Shown here piece by piece: positions 30,457-39,659 of a stretch of DNA of 64,000 nucleotides. Under the pieces are notes generated by a model. The model made no database searches and was not told the origin of the DNA. It saw only the letters and a list, made by a program, of their open reading frames with translations. Made by a program: the position numbers and the translations under genes. How positions within the stretch are numbered: the stretch's first letter is position 1; the number at the start of each line of letters is the position of its first letter. Source of the DNA: a bacterium (GTDB lineage Bacteria; Patescibacteriota; Andersenbacteria; UBA10190); assembly GCA_030698495.1 (NCBI GenBank), contig JAUYKA010000008.1, positions 14,895 through 78,894 of the forward strand, given 5' to 3'.

Positions 30457-31464
30457 TTATTCTAAGAGTGATTCAAATACTTTTAAATATCTAGTAGACA
30501 TTTTATTTAAAGCAAAGTCCGAGATGGCCTTATTTCTGGCTGCAGACTTGTAGGTTGGCAGGCCGTTGATTATTCTATGCATGTTTTTTGCTAATTCTTC
30601 CAAGTTGTAAGCTCTTCTTTTATAGAAGGCGTTAGAATTAATTCTGATTAATTCGGCTTCGTGACCACTACTAACAAGCTCTGGCATAGCTCCGTCGCCA
30701 ATTCCTGCTATGGGAAGCCCGCAGGACAGTGCTTCAACTACATTATTCGGGCAGGGAGGGTTTAGGTGTGTGAAAACAAAAACATCAGCTGCTCTTAAGT
30801 AGGCGGGAAGCTGCTTGTTTTCCACTATACCTACAAAATCTATGTTTTTTTCGCCTCTGTATTTAGAGGGAATATTTTTTGTTGATCTTGTGAAATTTCC
30901 CACTACTACCAGCTTACTGTTCGGGTTATATTTTTTTAGGTATGTCTTAAAAGCTGCGATAACGGGATTAATTTGATCTAGGCGTCTGAAGCGAGAGGCA
31001 GTTATGAAAACATTTTGGTTGGGGGTTGCTCTAAGTTGTTTGGTGTTTCCAATATTAGAAAAAAAGTCCGTATCTACTCCGTTATAAATTATGGTATGTG
31101 GCCGTGAGGTTTTTCCTAGAAATTTGTTGCAACAGTATAGGGAGAATTTGCTTTGATAAATTGTGTAATCAGTAAAAAAATGATGGATGATAAATAAGGG
31201 AGTGTTATATAGGGGGTATAACCAACTGGCAGTAGTTGTGGGGTAATACACGCCATCTAAGCGCTGCACTATTGGTTTGCCTCGCTTTTTTGCGTCAAAT
31301 AAGAATTTCCAGGGAGCGGTTGGCGAGGCTAGTAAAATATCATAGTTAGTTTCATAAGAAAAAATAACTGTATGTCCTAATTTTTGCAGTCCGGTTTGCA
31401 GTTTCTGGGCAAAAGACGAGGTGCCTCCGGTTGATCTTAATTTAATTGGTAAAAAGATAACCAT
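30457..31464 (-). CDS. GT4-family glycosyltransferase.
   Basis: THLNPPCPNNVVEALSCGLPIAGIGDGAMPELV. Confidence 0.8.
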   Translation of the reverse strand: MVIFLPIKLRSTGGTSSFAQKLQTGLQKLGHTVIFSYETNYDILLASPTAPWKFLFDAKKRGKPIVQRLDGVYYPTTTASWLYPLYNTPLFIIHHFFTDYTIYQSKFSLYCCNKFLGKTSRPHTIIYNGVDTDFFSNIGNTKQLRATPNQNVFITASRFRRLDQINPVIAAFKTYLKKYNPNSKLVVVGNFTRSTKNIPSKYRGEKNIDFVGIVENKQLPAYLRAADVFVFTHLNPPCPNNVVEALSCGLPIAGIGDGAMPELVSSGHEAELIRINSNAFYKRRAYNLEELAKNMHRIINGLPTYKSAARNKAISDFALNKMSTRYLKVFESLLE

Positions 31465-32260
31465 ATTTTCTGAATAATATTCTTAGCCGGTTCGGTACGA
31501 GCAACAGACTGATTGGTTGAATAAGATATAAATAATATTTTACCGGCGCCTGATATTTTTTCAGGTATTTAGTTGTAGTAGCTATTTGTTGGATGACCTG
31601 TTGTCTTTTGTTGGTGTTAGATTGGATTGTTCGATGGCAGAGCACATCTTCTAGGTTGGCCATTTGGGTTAGTGGTAAGAGCCTAAACCATAAATCACGA
31701 TCTTGTCCGTAGCGAATTTTTTCGTCGTATTTACTTGATTTATCTAATAGTGTTTTTTTTACAATAACGCAACTATGCCCAAAAGGGTTTTGTTTAAATA
31801 TATGTTTTTTGATTTCTCTGTTTGATAAAGGGACGAACACGTTTCGTTTGTGGTTTGAGTAGTGGTTGGTGTAGCAACTGCCTAATAATCCGTGGTCCGG
31901 GTGGTTGGTTAGCCAAGATATTTGTTTCGATAGCTTATTGGGTTCCCACCAATCATCTGCGTCAAGACGAGCGATATATTGACCCTTGGTTATCTCAATA
32001 CCTTTATTAAGAGATTTAGTCAGACCTATATTTTGTGTATTAGTTAGACAGCGAATGATTGGTGGATATTTCTTTTGCCATTGTTTTAACATCTTAGGAG
32101 TATTATCCGTTGAGGCATCGTCAATACAAACAATCTCAAGGTTTTGGTAGGTTTGGTTTATAACGCTTTGCAGGCAGCGATTAAGATGGGCGCTGCCGTT
32201 GTAGATTGATATTACTACCGATACTAACGGTTCAGTATTGAATGAAATAAATCGTTCCAT
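31442..32260 (-). CDS. GT2-family glycosyltransferase.
   Basis: It has VSVVISIYNGSAHLNRCLQSVINQTY, EIVCIDDASTDNT and ARLDADDWWEP (DxD). Confidence 0.85.
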   Translation of the reverse strand: MERFISFNTEPLVSVVISIYNGSAHLNRCLQSVINQTYQNLEIVCIDDASTDNTPKMLKQWQKKYPPIIRCLTNTQNIGLTKSLNKGIEITKGQYIARLDADDWWEPNKLSKQISWLTNHPDHGLLGSCYTNHYSNHKRNVFVPLSNREIKKHIFKQNPFGHSCVIVKKTLLDKSSKYDEKIRYGQDRDLWFRLLPLTQMANLEDVLCHRTIQSNTNKRQQVIQQIATTTKYLKKYQAPVKYYLYLIQPISLLLVPNRLRILFRKYGYLFTN

Positions 32261-33303
32261 AAGTTGGATACTTTATTTAAAGAATGGTTGTTCTCGGTAT
32301 ATGTTTTGGCATTCTGGGCTAATCTTTCTCTTAAGATGTGGTTGCTGATAAGAGCATCAAGTTGACTGATGAGTGATGTTAAATTCCTGTTTTTATACAG
32401 TAAACCGTTTTCTTGGTTATGAATAAGTTCTTGGTTGGCTTTGATGTCAGAAGTCAGACAGGGGAGACCCATATTCATGGCTTCAAGTAGCGCATTACTC
32501 ATACCCTCCCCCTCGGTTGGTAAAACAAAAATATCAGCGGCAGCAAGATGCGACCAAACCGATTCTTGTTGTCCTAGAAAGCGAATGTGCTGGCGGGAAG
32601 CGTATTCGCTTATCTGTCGACGAAGGGGCTTTTCTAGTGGTCCCTTACCCATAAGTAGAAGCCTAATGTTTGGGTGTTGTTTGTGAAGGTTATTAAATGC
32701 TTTTAATAAAAGGGAGTGTCCTTTGCCTTTTTTAAAGTTGGCGACGCAGATAATGTTAAGACTATTGTCTGTTGGGACTAGGTTGTTCTTATTGGTAGGA
32801 GGGGTAATGACGGTATTGGGGATGATGAATATCTTCGAAGGAGAAATTTTCCAGGAATTAATTAGTTCTGTTTTCCTGGCGCGGGTGTGTACCGTAAAAA
32901 AATCTGCTAACCGCTTGGTGGTTTTGTTAAGAGAAGCCAGAAAAGGATGGTGCACCAGGCTGCTTCTCTGGCTTGATACGTAAGCAACGTTTTTATTGTG
33001 GCAGGCAAAGCGCGAGATTACATCCGCTTCAACCAGATAGCCGACCACAATATCGGGTTTGAGTTTATTAATTGTTTTTGTAATGGATAAGAAAATCCCG
33101 GGACTGAACGGAAGTTTGCGATTGAGATATGTGACCGGTATGTCCTTGTCGACCAGAGCTTTGCCGGTTAAGGCCGGTCCTCTAAGACAAACAACACGGT
33201 TGTCGTATGATGACTGTAGGGTTGGTAGCAATAAAAGCAGCTGTTTTTCTGCGCCGCCGATACCGAGGTCGGAAATAATATGTAGGATGATAGGCCTTTT
33301 CAT
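32224..33303 (-). CDS. GT4-family glycosyltransferase.
   Basis: It has ILHIISDLGIGGAEKQ and VLPTEGEGMSNALLEAMNMGLPCLTSDIKANQELI. Confidence 0.85.
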   Translation of the reverse strand: MKRPIILHIISDLGIGGAEKQLLLLLPTLQSSYDNRVVCLRGPALTGKALVDKDIPVTYLNRKLPFSPGIFLSITKTINKLKPDIVVGYLVEADVISRFACHNKNVAYVSSQRSSLVHHPFLASLNKTTKRLADFFTVHTRARKTELINSWKISPSKIFIIPNTVITPPTNKNNLVPTDNSLNIICVANFKKGKGHSLLLKAFNNLHKQHPNIRLLLMGKGPLEKPLRRQISEYASRQHIRFLGQQESVWSHLAAADIFVLPTEGEGMSNALLEAMNMGLPCLTSDIKANQELIHNQENGLLYKNRNLTSLISQLDALISNHILRERLAQNAKTYTENNHSLNKVSNLWNDLFHSILNR

Positions 33304-33305
33304 AT

Positions 33306-34532
33306 TTAAACAGTAAGGCTATTAAGTATTTCTTGGTATTTTTGTATTGATTTATCCCAATTGAATTTTTCTATATTTTCTTGATAGGCCTTGATTCCCA
33401 TTTGTTTACGAAGTTCCGGGTGAGTTACTAAAAAGTTTATTTTTTCAGACATAATTTGAGGGCTGTGGGTTGGAATGAGGATGCCGGATTCACTGGAGGT
33501 AATAATTTCTTTTGTTCCGCCGACATCAGTTGCTATGATTGCTTTTTGGCAGAGCGCAGCTTCGATAACGGAAGTAGGCAGACCTTCCGTGTAGCTGGGA
33601 TTAATGAAAATATCAGAAGCTTTGATTATGGAGATTGTTTGTTCCCACGGCTGCGAGTCCAGAAAAGTAATCCTATCGGCCAGATCAAGGTTGGCAGCTT
33701 GCCGGCGCAGAGCGGATAGTTGGCTGCCTTGGCCTATTATAAAACAGTGGAAGTTTATTAACTGAAGATGATCGAGAGCGTTGAGGAGATCGGTTACTCC
33801 TTTGCCATCGATGAGGCGGCCGGCGTAGGTGATTATAGGGGTAGCAGGCAGCAGGTAGTAGGTAGTATGCAGGTTGACTGGTTGTATCTTCTGTATTTGC
33901 TGAATATCAACGCCGCGATAGATGACTGTGACCGGTTTTTGGAGCACGAATTTTTTGACAAAAGCGGCGGAGGCGTGGGAATTGGCAACGACGGCGTCGG
34001 CGGAACGCAATATGAGCCGGCCAAGCGTGAGATCGTAAAATTTGGCGATGAAGCTAAGTAGGGGGTTATGTAGGTGCACGTAATCGGAGCCGTGCTCGAT
34101 ATGTAGCCAAGGCATGCGGTGTGTTTTAGCATAAAACCCGGCCATTATAGAAGCGAAGAAGAAACGGGTTCTTGAAAGTACTATAGTTTGTAGTGAGTAG
34201 TTTGTGGTGAGTAGGGACTTTTTAACTAAGTGCCATTGTTCCCAAAAAAGAGGCTGCCAGAATTTTGGAACTGGATAATTAGGTATTATTTCCCAGGCGG
34301 GGAACCGAAAGATGTGTACTCCTTCTGATTTTTCCGTGAGTTTTGCATTTGGTGTGATGAGTGGAGTGAAAACAGTGATTTTATAGCCGCGCCTAGTCAT
34401 TTCCTGATCAAATTGCTGGGCATGGGTTTCAAGCCCCCCCACGTGGGGCGGATAAAGGGGGGAAAAGACAAGTATATGCCGCTGAATTTGGTTTTCAGGG
34501 GGAGTATGTGTATGATGTATAGTTGGTTTCAT
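33306..34532 (-). CDS. GT4-family glycosyltransferase. I chose an internal ATG start at 34532; the longest ORF extends to 34823.
   Basis: It has RHILVFSPLYPPHVGGLETH and INPSYTEGLPTSVIEAALCQKAIIATDVGGTKEII. The 5-prime extension to 34823 is hydrophilic, non-GT-like and overlaps the divergent gene. Confidence 0.75.
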   Translation of the reverse strand: MKPTIHHTHTPPENQIQRHILVFSPLYPPHVGGLETHAQQFDQEMTRRGYKITVFTPLITPNAKLTEKSEGVHIFRFPAWEIIPNYPVPKFWQPLFWEQWHLVKKSLLTTNYSLQTIVLSRTRFFFASIMAGFYAKTHRMPWLHIEHGSDYVHLHNPLLSFIAKFYDLTLGRLILRSADAVVANSHASAAFVKKFVLQKPVTVIYRGVDIQQIQKIQPVNLHTTYYLLPATPIITYAGRLIDGKGVTDLLNALDHLQLINFHCFIIGQGSQLSALRRQAANLDLADRITFLDSQPWEQTISIIKASDIFINPSYTEGLPTSVIEAALCQKAIIATDVGGTKEIITSSESGILIPTHSPQIMSEKINFLVTHPELRKQMGIKAYQENIEKFNWDKSIQKYQEILNSLTV

Positions 34533-35258
34533 ATGGCTATAAATATTCAGAAAAAGATTTGTATAATAGTACCGGCTTATAACGAGGAGGGGTTTTTGGC
34601 CGAGGTGGTGGGTGATATCAGAAAATATTGCCCAGAGGCCCAAATAGTGGTTGTGAATGATGCCTCTAGTGATAGTACTAAACTGGTTGCGTGGTCGCAA
34701 AGAGTGCCCGTTTTGGACTTGCCTACCAATTTGGGTATTGGCGGGGCTATGCAGACGGGGTTTTTGTATGCGGTGCGTAACGGTTTTGACGTTGCGATGC
34801 AGGTAGACGCCGACGGGCAACATGATCCTCGGTTCATACCTGTTTTATTGGAAGCGCTGGGGGAACGCGGGGCCGACATGGTAATCGGAAGTCGTTTTTT
34901 GGAGCGAGTCGGCTACCGGGCCTCGTTTATGAGGTTGTTTGGGATCAGATTTTTTGCCTGGTTGATTGGTATGATGACCAATAGGCGTGTTTATGACGCT
35001 ACCTCCGGATACCGTGCCTATAATAAAGAAGCTTTAAATTTCGTGGCAAAATATTATCCGTCTGATTTTCCGGAGCCGGAATCGATTGTCATTATGCTCC
35101 GTAACGGGTTCAAAATTAAAGAAGTGCCGGTCGTGATGAAACATCGCCAAGCAGGAACTTCCTCGGTGCGTCCTTTAAAGGGAACATATTTTGTGGTATC
35201 TAATGCTGTGGCGATTATAATCAGTGCTTTTAAAAGAAGGTTACGTTCAAGTTTATGA
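34533..35258 (+). CDS. GtrB/CsbB-like GT2 polyprenol-phosphate sugar transferase. I chose a start at 34533; the longest ORF starts at 34413.
   Basis: It has ICIIVPAYNEEGFL, VVVNDASSDST, MQVDADGQHDP and MVIGSRF, the classic dolichol/undecaprenol-phosphate glycosyltransferase signature. Confidence 0.85.
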   Translation: MAINIQKKICIIVPAYNEEGFLAEVVGDIRKYCPEAQIVVVNDASSDSTKLVAWSQRVPVLDLPTNLGIGGAMQTGFLYAVRNGFDVAMQVDADGQHDPRFIPVLLEALGERGADMVIGSRFLERVGYRASFMRLFGIRFFAWLIGMMTNRRVYDATSGYRAYNKEALNFVAKYYPSDFPEPESIVIMLRNGFKIKEVPVVMKHRQAGTSSVRPLKGTYFVVSNAVAIIISAFKRRLRSSL

Positions 35259-35641
35259 TTGATTTTTTGGTTTTCAGCGGTTCTATTCCGGCTCGTACAC
35301 AAACGTTTGCTATTGTTGTTAGCGGGGGTTTATTTTTATTGATTGTGTATTTAATACGTAGCGGTCGCCTGAAAGAGGGTTATTCGCTGATATGGTTTTT
35401 TATAGCGTTAGCTACGGTTGCCTTGTCGGTTTTTAGTGGACTGCTTGATGTTTTTGCCAGGTTTATCGGAATTGCTTATGTACCGGCAGCTCTGTTTTTA
35501 GTGTTGTTGGGCGGAGTGTATTTATTGGGTATTCATTTTTCTTTGCTGCTCAACAGGTATGATAAACGCATCCGACAATTGGCCCAAGAGCATGCTATAC
35601 TGAAGGAACAAATCGCTAAACTGCTTGATAAAAAGTTATGA
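35255..35641 (+). CDS. Small 3-4 TM membrane protein with a C-terminal amphipathic tail (GtrA-role or DUF2304-like). It is a likely partner of the GtrB-like enzyme.
   Basis: 128 aa, translationally coupled to the upstream GT2 by an ATGA overlap. It has hydrophobic helices then KRIRQLAQEHAILKEQIAKLL. Confidence 0.5.
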   Translation: MIDFLVFSGSIPARTQTFAIVVSGGLFLLIVYLIRSGRLKEGYSLIWFFIALATVALSVFSGLLDVFARFIGIAYVPAALFLVLLGGVYLLGIHFSLLLNRYDKRIRQLAQEHAILKEQIAKLLDKKL

Positions 35642-36624
35642 AAAAATTTCTCATAACCGGGGGGGCGGGGTTTATCGGGTCTCATCTTGCAGAGTATCTG
35701 TTAGCTAAGGGCGCGGGAGTTAGGGTTGTAGATAATTTGTCTACCGGGTCGGCAGACAATATGCGGTCTTTTTCGGGTAATCCGTCTTTTGAATTTACTA
35801 TCGGGGATGTTGTTGACAAAGAACTGATGACAAAGGAGATGTCGGGGGTGGATGGTGTGTTTCACCTAGCCGCTTCTGTGGGGGTAAAGCATATTATGGA
35901 GAACTTGGTGGCATCTATCAGAAATAATGTATTGGGCACGGAGGTGGTATTGGAGACGGCGAGTGATTTAGGGGTAAGGATTCTTTTAACGTCAACTTCG
36001 GAAGTATATGGAAAAATTAGTGATCAGCCATCGGCGGAAAGCGATGATTTTCGGATGGGTGAGCCGTTGAAAAGCCGTTGGTCTTATGCTTGTTCCAAGG
36101 CGTTGGATGAATATATGGCTTTTGCCTATTATCATGAGCGTAACTTGCCAGTTACGGTCACCAGATTGTTTAATACTGTCGGGCCAAGACAAACAAGTGC
36201 TTACGGAATGGTTATTCCGACATTTGTAAAACAAGCTGTAGCCGGGGAACCGATAACAATTCATGGTGACGGGAAGCAGTCTCGCTGCTTTGTGTATGTT
36301 AAGGATGTTGTATGGGCCTTGTATAATTTAATGTTTTCCGACGCGGCAGTGGGGGAAATATACAATATTGGCAGTACCGAAAAAATAACAATTGATGAGT
36401 TAGCGGACAGAATAATCAAAATAACCGGAAGCGCCAGCATTAAGAAATATTTTCCTTATGATCATGTTTATAAAGTTGGTTTTGACGATGCTTACAGTAG
36501 ACAGCCTAAAATTGATAAGGTGCAACAAGCGATAGGGTTTATGCCGCGGCATAAACTTGATGACATCATTAAATTGGTTTTAGAAAACATTGCGAAGCCT
36601 GAAAAAGCGGTGGTGAGTAATTAG
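35638..36624 (+). CDS. NAD-dependent sugar-nucleotide epimerase/dehydratase (UXS/ArnA-decarboxylase-like SDR).
   Basis: It has ITGGAGFIGSHL, TSTSEVYGK, the catalytic YACSK, and RLFNTVGPRQ. Confidence 0.8.
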   Translation: MKKFLITGGAGFIGSHLAEYLLAKGAGVRVVDNLSTGSADNMRSFSGNPSFEFTIGDVVDKELMTKEMSGVDGVFHLAASVGVKHIMENLVASIRNNVLGTEVVLETASDLGVRILLTSTSEVYGKISDQPSAESDDFRMGEPLKSRWSYACSKALDEYMAFAYYHERNLPVTVTRLFNTVGPRQTSAYGMVIPTFVKQAVAGEPITIHGDGKQSRCFVYVKDVVWALYNLMFSDAAVGEIYNIGSTEKITIDELADRIIKITGSASIKKYFPYDHVYKVGFDDAYSRQPKIDKVQQAIGFMPRHKLDDIIKLVLENIAKPEKAVVSN

Positions 36625-38480
36625 TTTTTAAAACTAGCAGACATTTGAGTTTTCCATTGCTTGGCGAATTGTCCATTAAGAGAGATAAGTTGCGTTAAGG
36701 TGCCGTGTTCTTTAATTTCGCCATGTTCCAGATAAATGACTTGACTCGCATTTTTTATAGTGGACAGGCGATGGGCTATAAGTAATAGTGTCTTATTCCG
36801 AAAAACTGTATTCATAGTGTTTTGAATATATCTTTCAGTGGCGGAATCCAGGGCACTGGTGGCTTCGTCAAGTAGTATTATTTCTGCTTTTTTGATTAGT
36901 GCCCTGGCGATAGCCACTCTTTGTTTTTCTCCGCCGGATAATTGGACGCCTCGGTCGCCAATAACAGTATCCAGGCCTTTTTCCAAACGGTTAATGAGCT
37001 CGTTCAGTTGTACTTGAGATATTATGTGTTGTAGTTGTTGGTCGCTGACTTCTTTTTGGCTGTAGGTAAGATTGTTTTTTAAGGAATCGTGTAATAAAAT
37101 CGGGTCTTGATCAACGATAGCAATATGCTGTCTTAATGATTTAAAATCTAAATCCCTAATATCGGTGTTATCAAAAAAAATGGTTCGGGGCGGACACTCG
37201 TAAAAGCGCATTAAGAGATTAATAATAGTTGATTTCCCGCTGCCGGAGGGTCCTACTAAAGCAGTAAGTTGTCCCTTAGGGACATTGAAGCTGACATGGC
37301 GCAATACCGGTTCTCTTCCTTCGTAAGTAAAGCTTAAATTTGATATTCTGATTTTGTTTTGAAGGCCGGTGAAAATTGTACTGCCTTCTCGCACTATATA
37401 TTTTCCTTTATTGTTAAAAGTGCCGATAATTTCCAGAAGAGGCGGAGTCATTTCTGAAATTGCAACCCAAATACTGTTAAACACTTTAAACAAAGGAACT
37501 GTTCGGGAGGCCACATAAAGAAAGATTATAATTCTGGTTAAATCCAGGCCGTTGTCACGGTGGATGGAGAAGGCGATGTAAGCTACTACAAAAAATAAGG
37601 TGAGGACGGTGATTAAGCGAGGAATCAGGATAGTAAAGTATCCCAGGGCTTCGGCCTTGAGTTGAACTTTTCTGAACTTTTCATTCATTTGAGCATAATG
37701 TTTTTTTGATTGTTCTTCTTGGGAGTAACTCCAGACCAGGGGCAAAGAAGACAAAATATTAAAAGATTCTCGGCTAAGATCCATGGTGACTTCTTTGGCT
37801 TGCCGCCAAAGAGTGTTAACTTTTTTCATGATTTGGCGGGAAGTTAGGTACAGAAGAGGAAATATCAGTAAAACCATTATCATTAGACGCCAGGATAGCC
37901 AAGTCATAACAGCCAGGTATCCGATCAGTTGGGTTAGGCTAGCCAGGTTGTTCTGGGATATTCTAACTAACTGTACGCTGCTGTTGGTGTATTCCAGGAC
38001 TTTTTTGATGGTGCCGTGGCTTGTTTTATCAAAAAATAATTTACCGAAGGAAAAATAGCGGTTATATACAAAAGTATGGAGATGCCATTGGTATTTTCCC
38101 TGAAGATAACGACCATAGTAGGTGTAGATAAAAGTGACAATTATTCCCAATAAATTAGTCAGAAATATTGTACCGGCCAGTATAAAAAATATGAGGGCGG
38201 GACTAATTTTGATATTAGTGTTGCGGAAGAAAAAACCCGCTGTTTTTGAAAGTGGTTCCGGCAGTTGAGCTGCCGTGAAGCCCGTTCCCGTGATGCCTTG
38301 TGCCAAAGGAACCAGTAGGCCGATACCCAAAACATCGAAAGTAGCAACGGCGATGGACAGAAGAATTAAGATAACAATCTGATACGGTTTGACATGCATT
38401 ACGTTCAGAAGGCGCCGAAGGAGCTTAATCTGTTGTCTTCGCTTATCAGAAAGCCAAAATTTGTTATTTGGGGTAAGCAT
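36621..38480 (-). CDS. ABC exporter with fused permease and ATPase (MsbA/PglK-like). It is a candidate lipid-linked oligosaccharide or glycolipid flippase.
   Basis: The N-terminus has 6 TM. It has Walker A GPSGSGKST, the signature LSGGEKQRVAIARAL and Walker B ILLDEATSALD. Confidence 0.9.
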   Translation of the reverse strand: MLTPNNKFWLSDKRRQQIKLLRRLLNVMHVKPYQIVILILLSIAVATFDVLGIGLLVPLAQGITGTGFTAAQLPEPLSKTAGFFFRNTNIKISPALIFFILAGTIFLTNLLGIIVTFIYTYYGRYLQGKYQWHLHTFVYNRYFSFGKLFFDKTSHGTIKKVLEYTNSSVQLVRISQNNLASLTQLIGYLAVMTWLSWRLMIMVLLIFPLLYLTSRQIMKKVNTLWRQAKEVTMDLSRESFNILSSLPLVWSYSQEEQSKKHYAQMNEKFRKVQLKAEALGYFTILIPRLITVLTLFFVVAYIAFSIHRDNGLDLTRIIIFLYVASRTVPLFKVFNSIWVAISEMTPPLLEIIGTFNNKGKYIVREGSTIFTGLQNKIRISNLSFTYEGREPVLRHVSFNVPKGQLTALVGPSGSGKSTIINLLMRFYECPPRTIFFDNTDIRDLDFKSLRQHIAIVDQDPILLHDSLKNNLTYSQKEVSDQQLQHIISQVQLNELINRLEKGLDTVIGDRGVQLSGGEKQRVAIARALIKKAEIILLDEATSALDSATERYIQNTMNTVFRNKTLLLIAHRLSTIKNASQVIYLEHGEIKEHGTLTQLISLNGQFAKQWKTQMSASFKN

Positions 38481-38552
38481 AACTACATATAATAACCTAT
38501 CATACAGGGAGCTGCCTATGCTAATATGGCGACATATTAAAAGTCGGTTTTT

Positions 38553-39659
38553 ATGGCTTTAATTAATAAAAAGATAAAGATTTTACACCAATATCATAAC
38601 AATGTTTTTGATATGGTAAAGGTTCTTGAAGAAAACAATGAAGTGGTTTTTTTATCTTATAGGACCAGTCGTTTGGTGCCAGGGATAAGGAATAACGAGC
38701 CGAGCACATTTAGGTTTATATGGCCGATGTACAATCCTTTTAAATTATCAAAATTACTGGGTAAAGATACTGATATATTGGTTTTAAAACATATAAACGA
38801 TCCAATTAACTTTTTTCCGTACATTTTGTCTTGGATTAAAGGAGTAAAATGCGTGGTGGCTGTTCAGCGACTTACTCATAAAAATTTTTGGGGCTACCGG
38901 TTTCTTTTTCGTTTGGGCGTACGCTTGTTGTGTCTGCTTGGAGTTAGAATTATGGCCGTAACGCAAGATAGTTATGAAGAGTTGTCCAAAACCCGCCTAA
39001 AGACTGTTTATATTCCAGCTTGTATCAAGGCGAGCTGCTGGGAATCGGTTAATGACCAGACGTCCCACTTAAGCGCTAACCAACTGTCAATTATCACCGT
39101 TGCGAAATATCAGAAGCGCAAAAACATCCCCCTACTGGTGAAGGCTGTAGCTGAATTAGTTAAAAAATATCCACTTATGGGGTTCCGGTTAGTAATAGTT
39201 GGTGATCTTTCCATTAGAAAGAAATCTCAAGATGAGTTTAGACGAGTTAAAAATTTAGTGAAGCAATATTGTCTTGAGGATATAATTATTCTTCGCTCTA
39301 ATGTTTCCCACAAAGAAATGCCCGCTATTTATAATCAGAATAATATTTTTGTATTGCCGGCCGGTAGTGAGCCGTTAGGTTATGCCGTGCTGGAAGCAAT
39401 GGCTAGCGGTAAACCGGTTATTTGCTCGGACCAAGTTGGGGCGGTTTCGTATATAGAGGAGGGAAAAAATGGTTATATATGTGAGGCCGGATCATTAAGC
39501 TCTCTCGTTCAAAGCCTGGAAAAGTTTATTAGAAACAATAATGAGATTAATATTCAAAAAATCGAAGAGTTTGGAAGATATGGTAAAACTTTAGTGGAAA
39601 GAAATCACAGCGCGGGTGTATTTTTAAATAAGTTTGAAGAATTAGTATGTATGAAATAA
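38553..39659 (+). CDS. GT4-family glycosyltransferase.
   Basis: VLPAGSEPLGYAVLEAMASGKPVICSDQVGAVSYIEEGKNGYI. Confidence 0.85.
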   Translation: MALINKKIKILHQYHNNVFDMVKVLEENNEVVFLSYRTSRLVPGIRNNEPSTFRFIWPMYNPFKLSKLLGKDTDILVLKHINDPINFFPYILSWIKGVKCVVAVQRLTHKNFWGYRFLFRLGVRLLCLLGVRIMAVTQDSYEELSKTRLKTVYIPACIKASCWESVNDQTSHLSANQLSIITVAKYQKRKNIPLLVKAVAELVKKYPLMGFRLVIVGDLSIRKKSQDEFRRVKNLVKQYCLEDIIILRSNVSHKEMPAIYNQNNIFVLPAGSEPLGYAVLEAMASGKPVICSDQVGAVSYIEEGKNGYICEAGSLSSLVQSLEKFIRNNNEINIQKIEEFGRYGKTLVERNHSAGVFLNKFEELVCMK

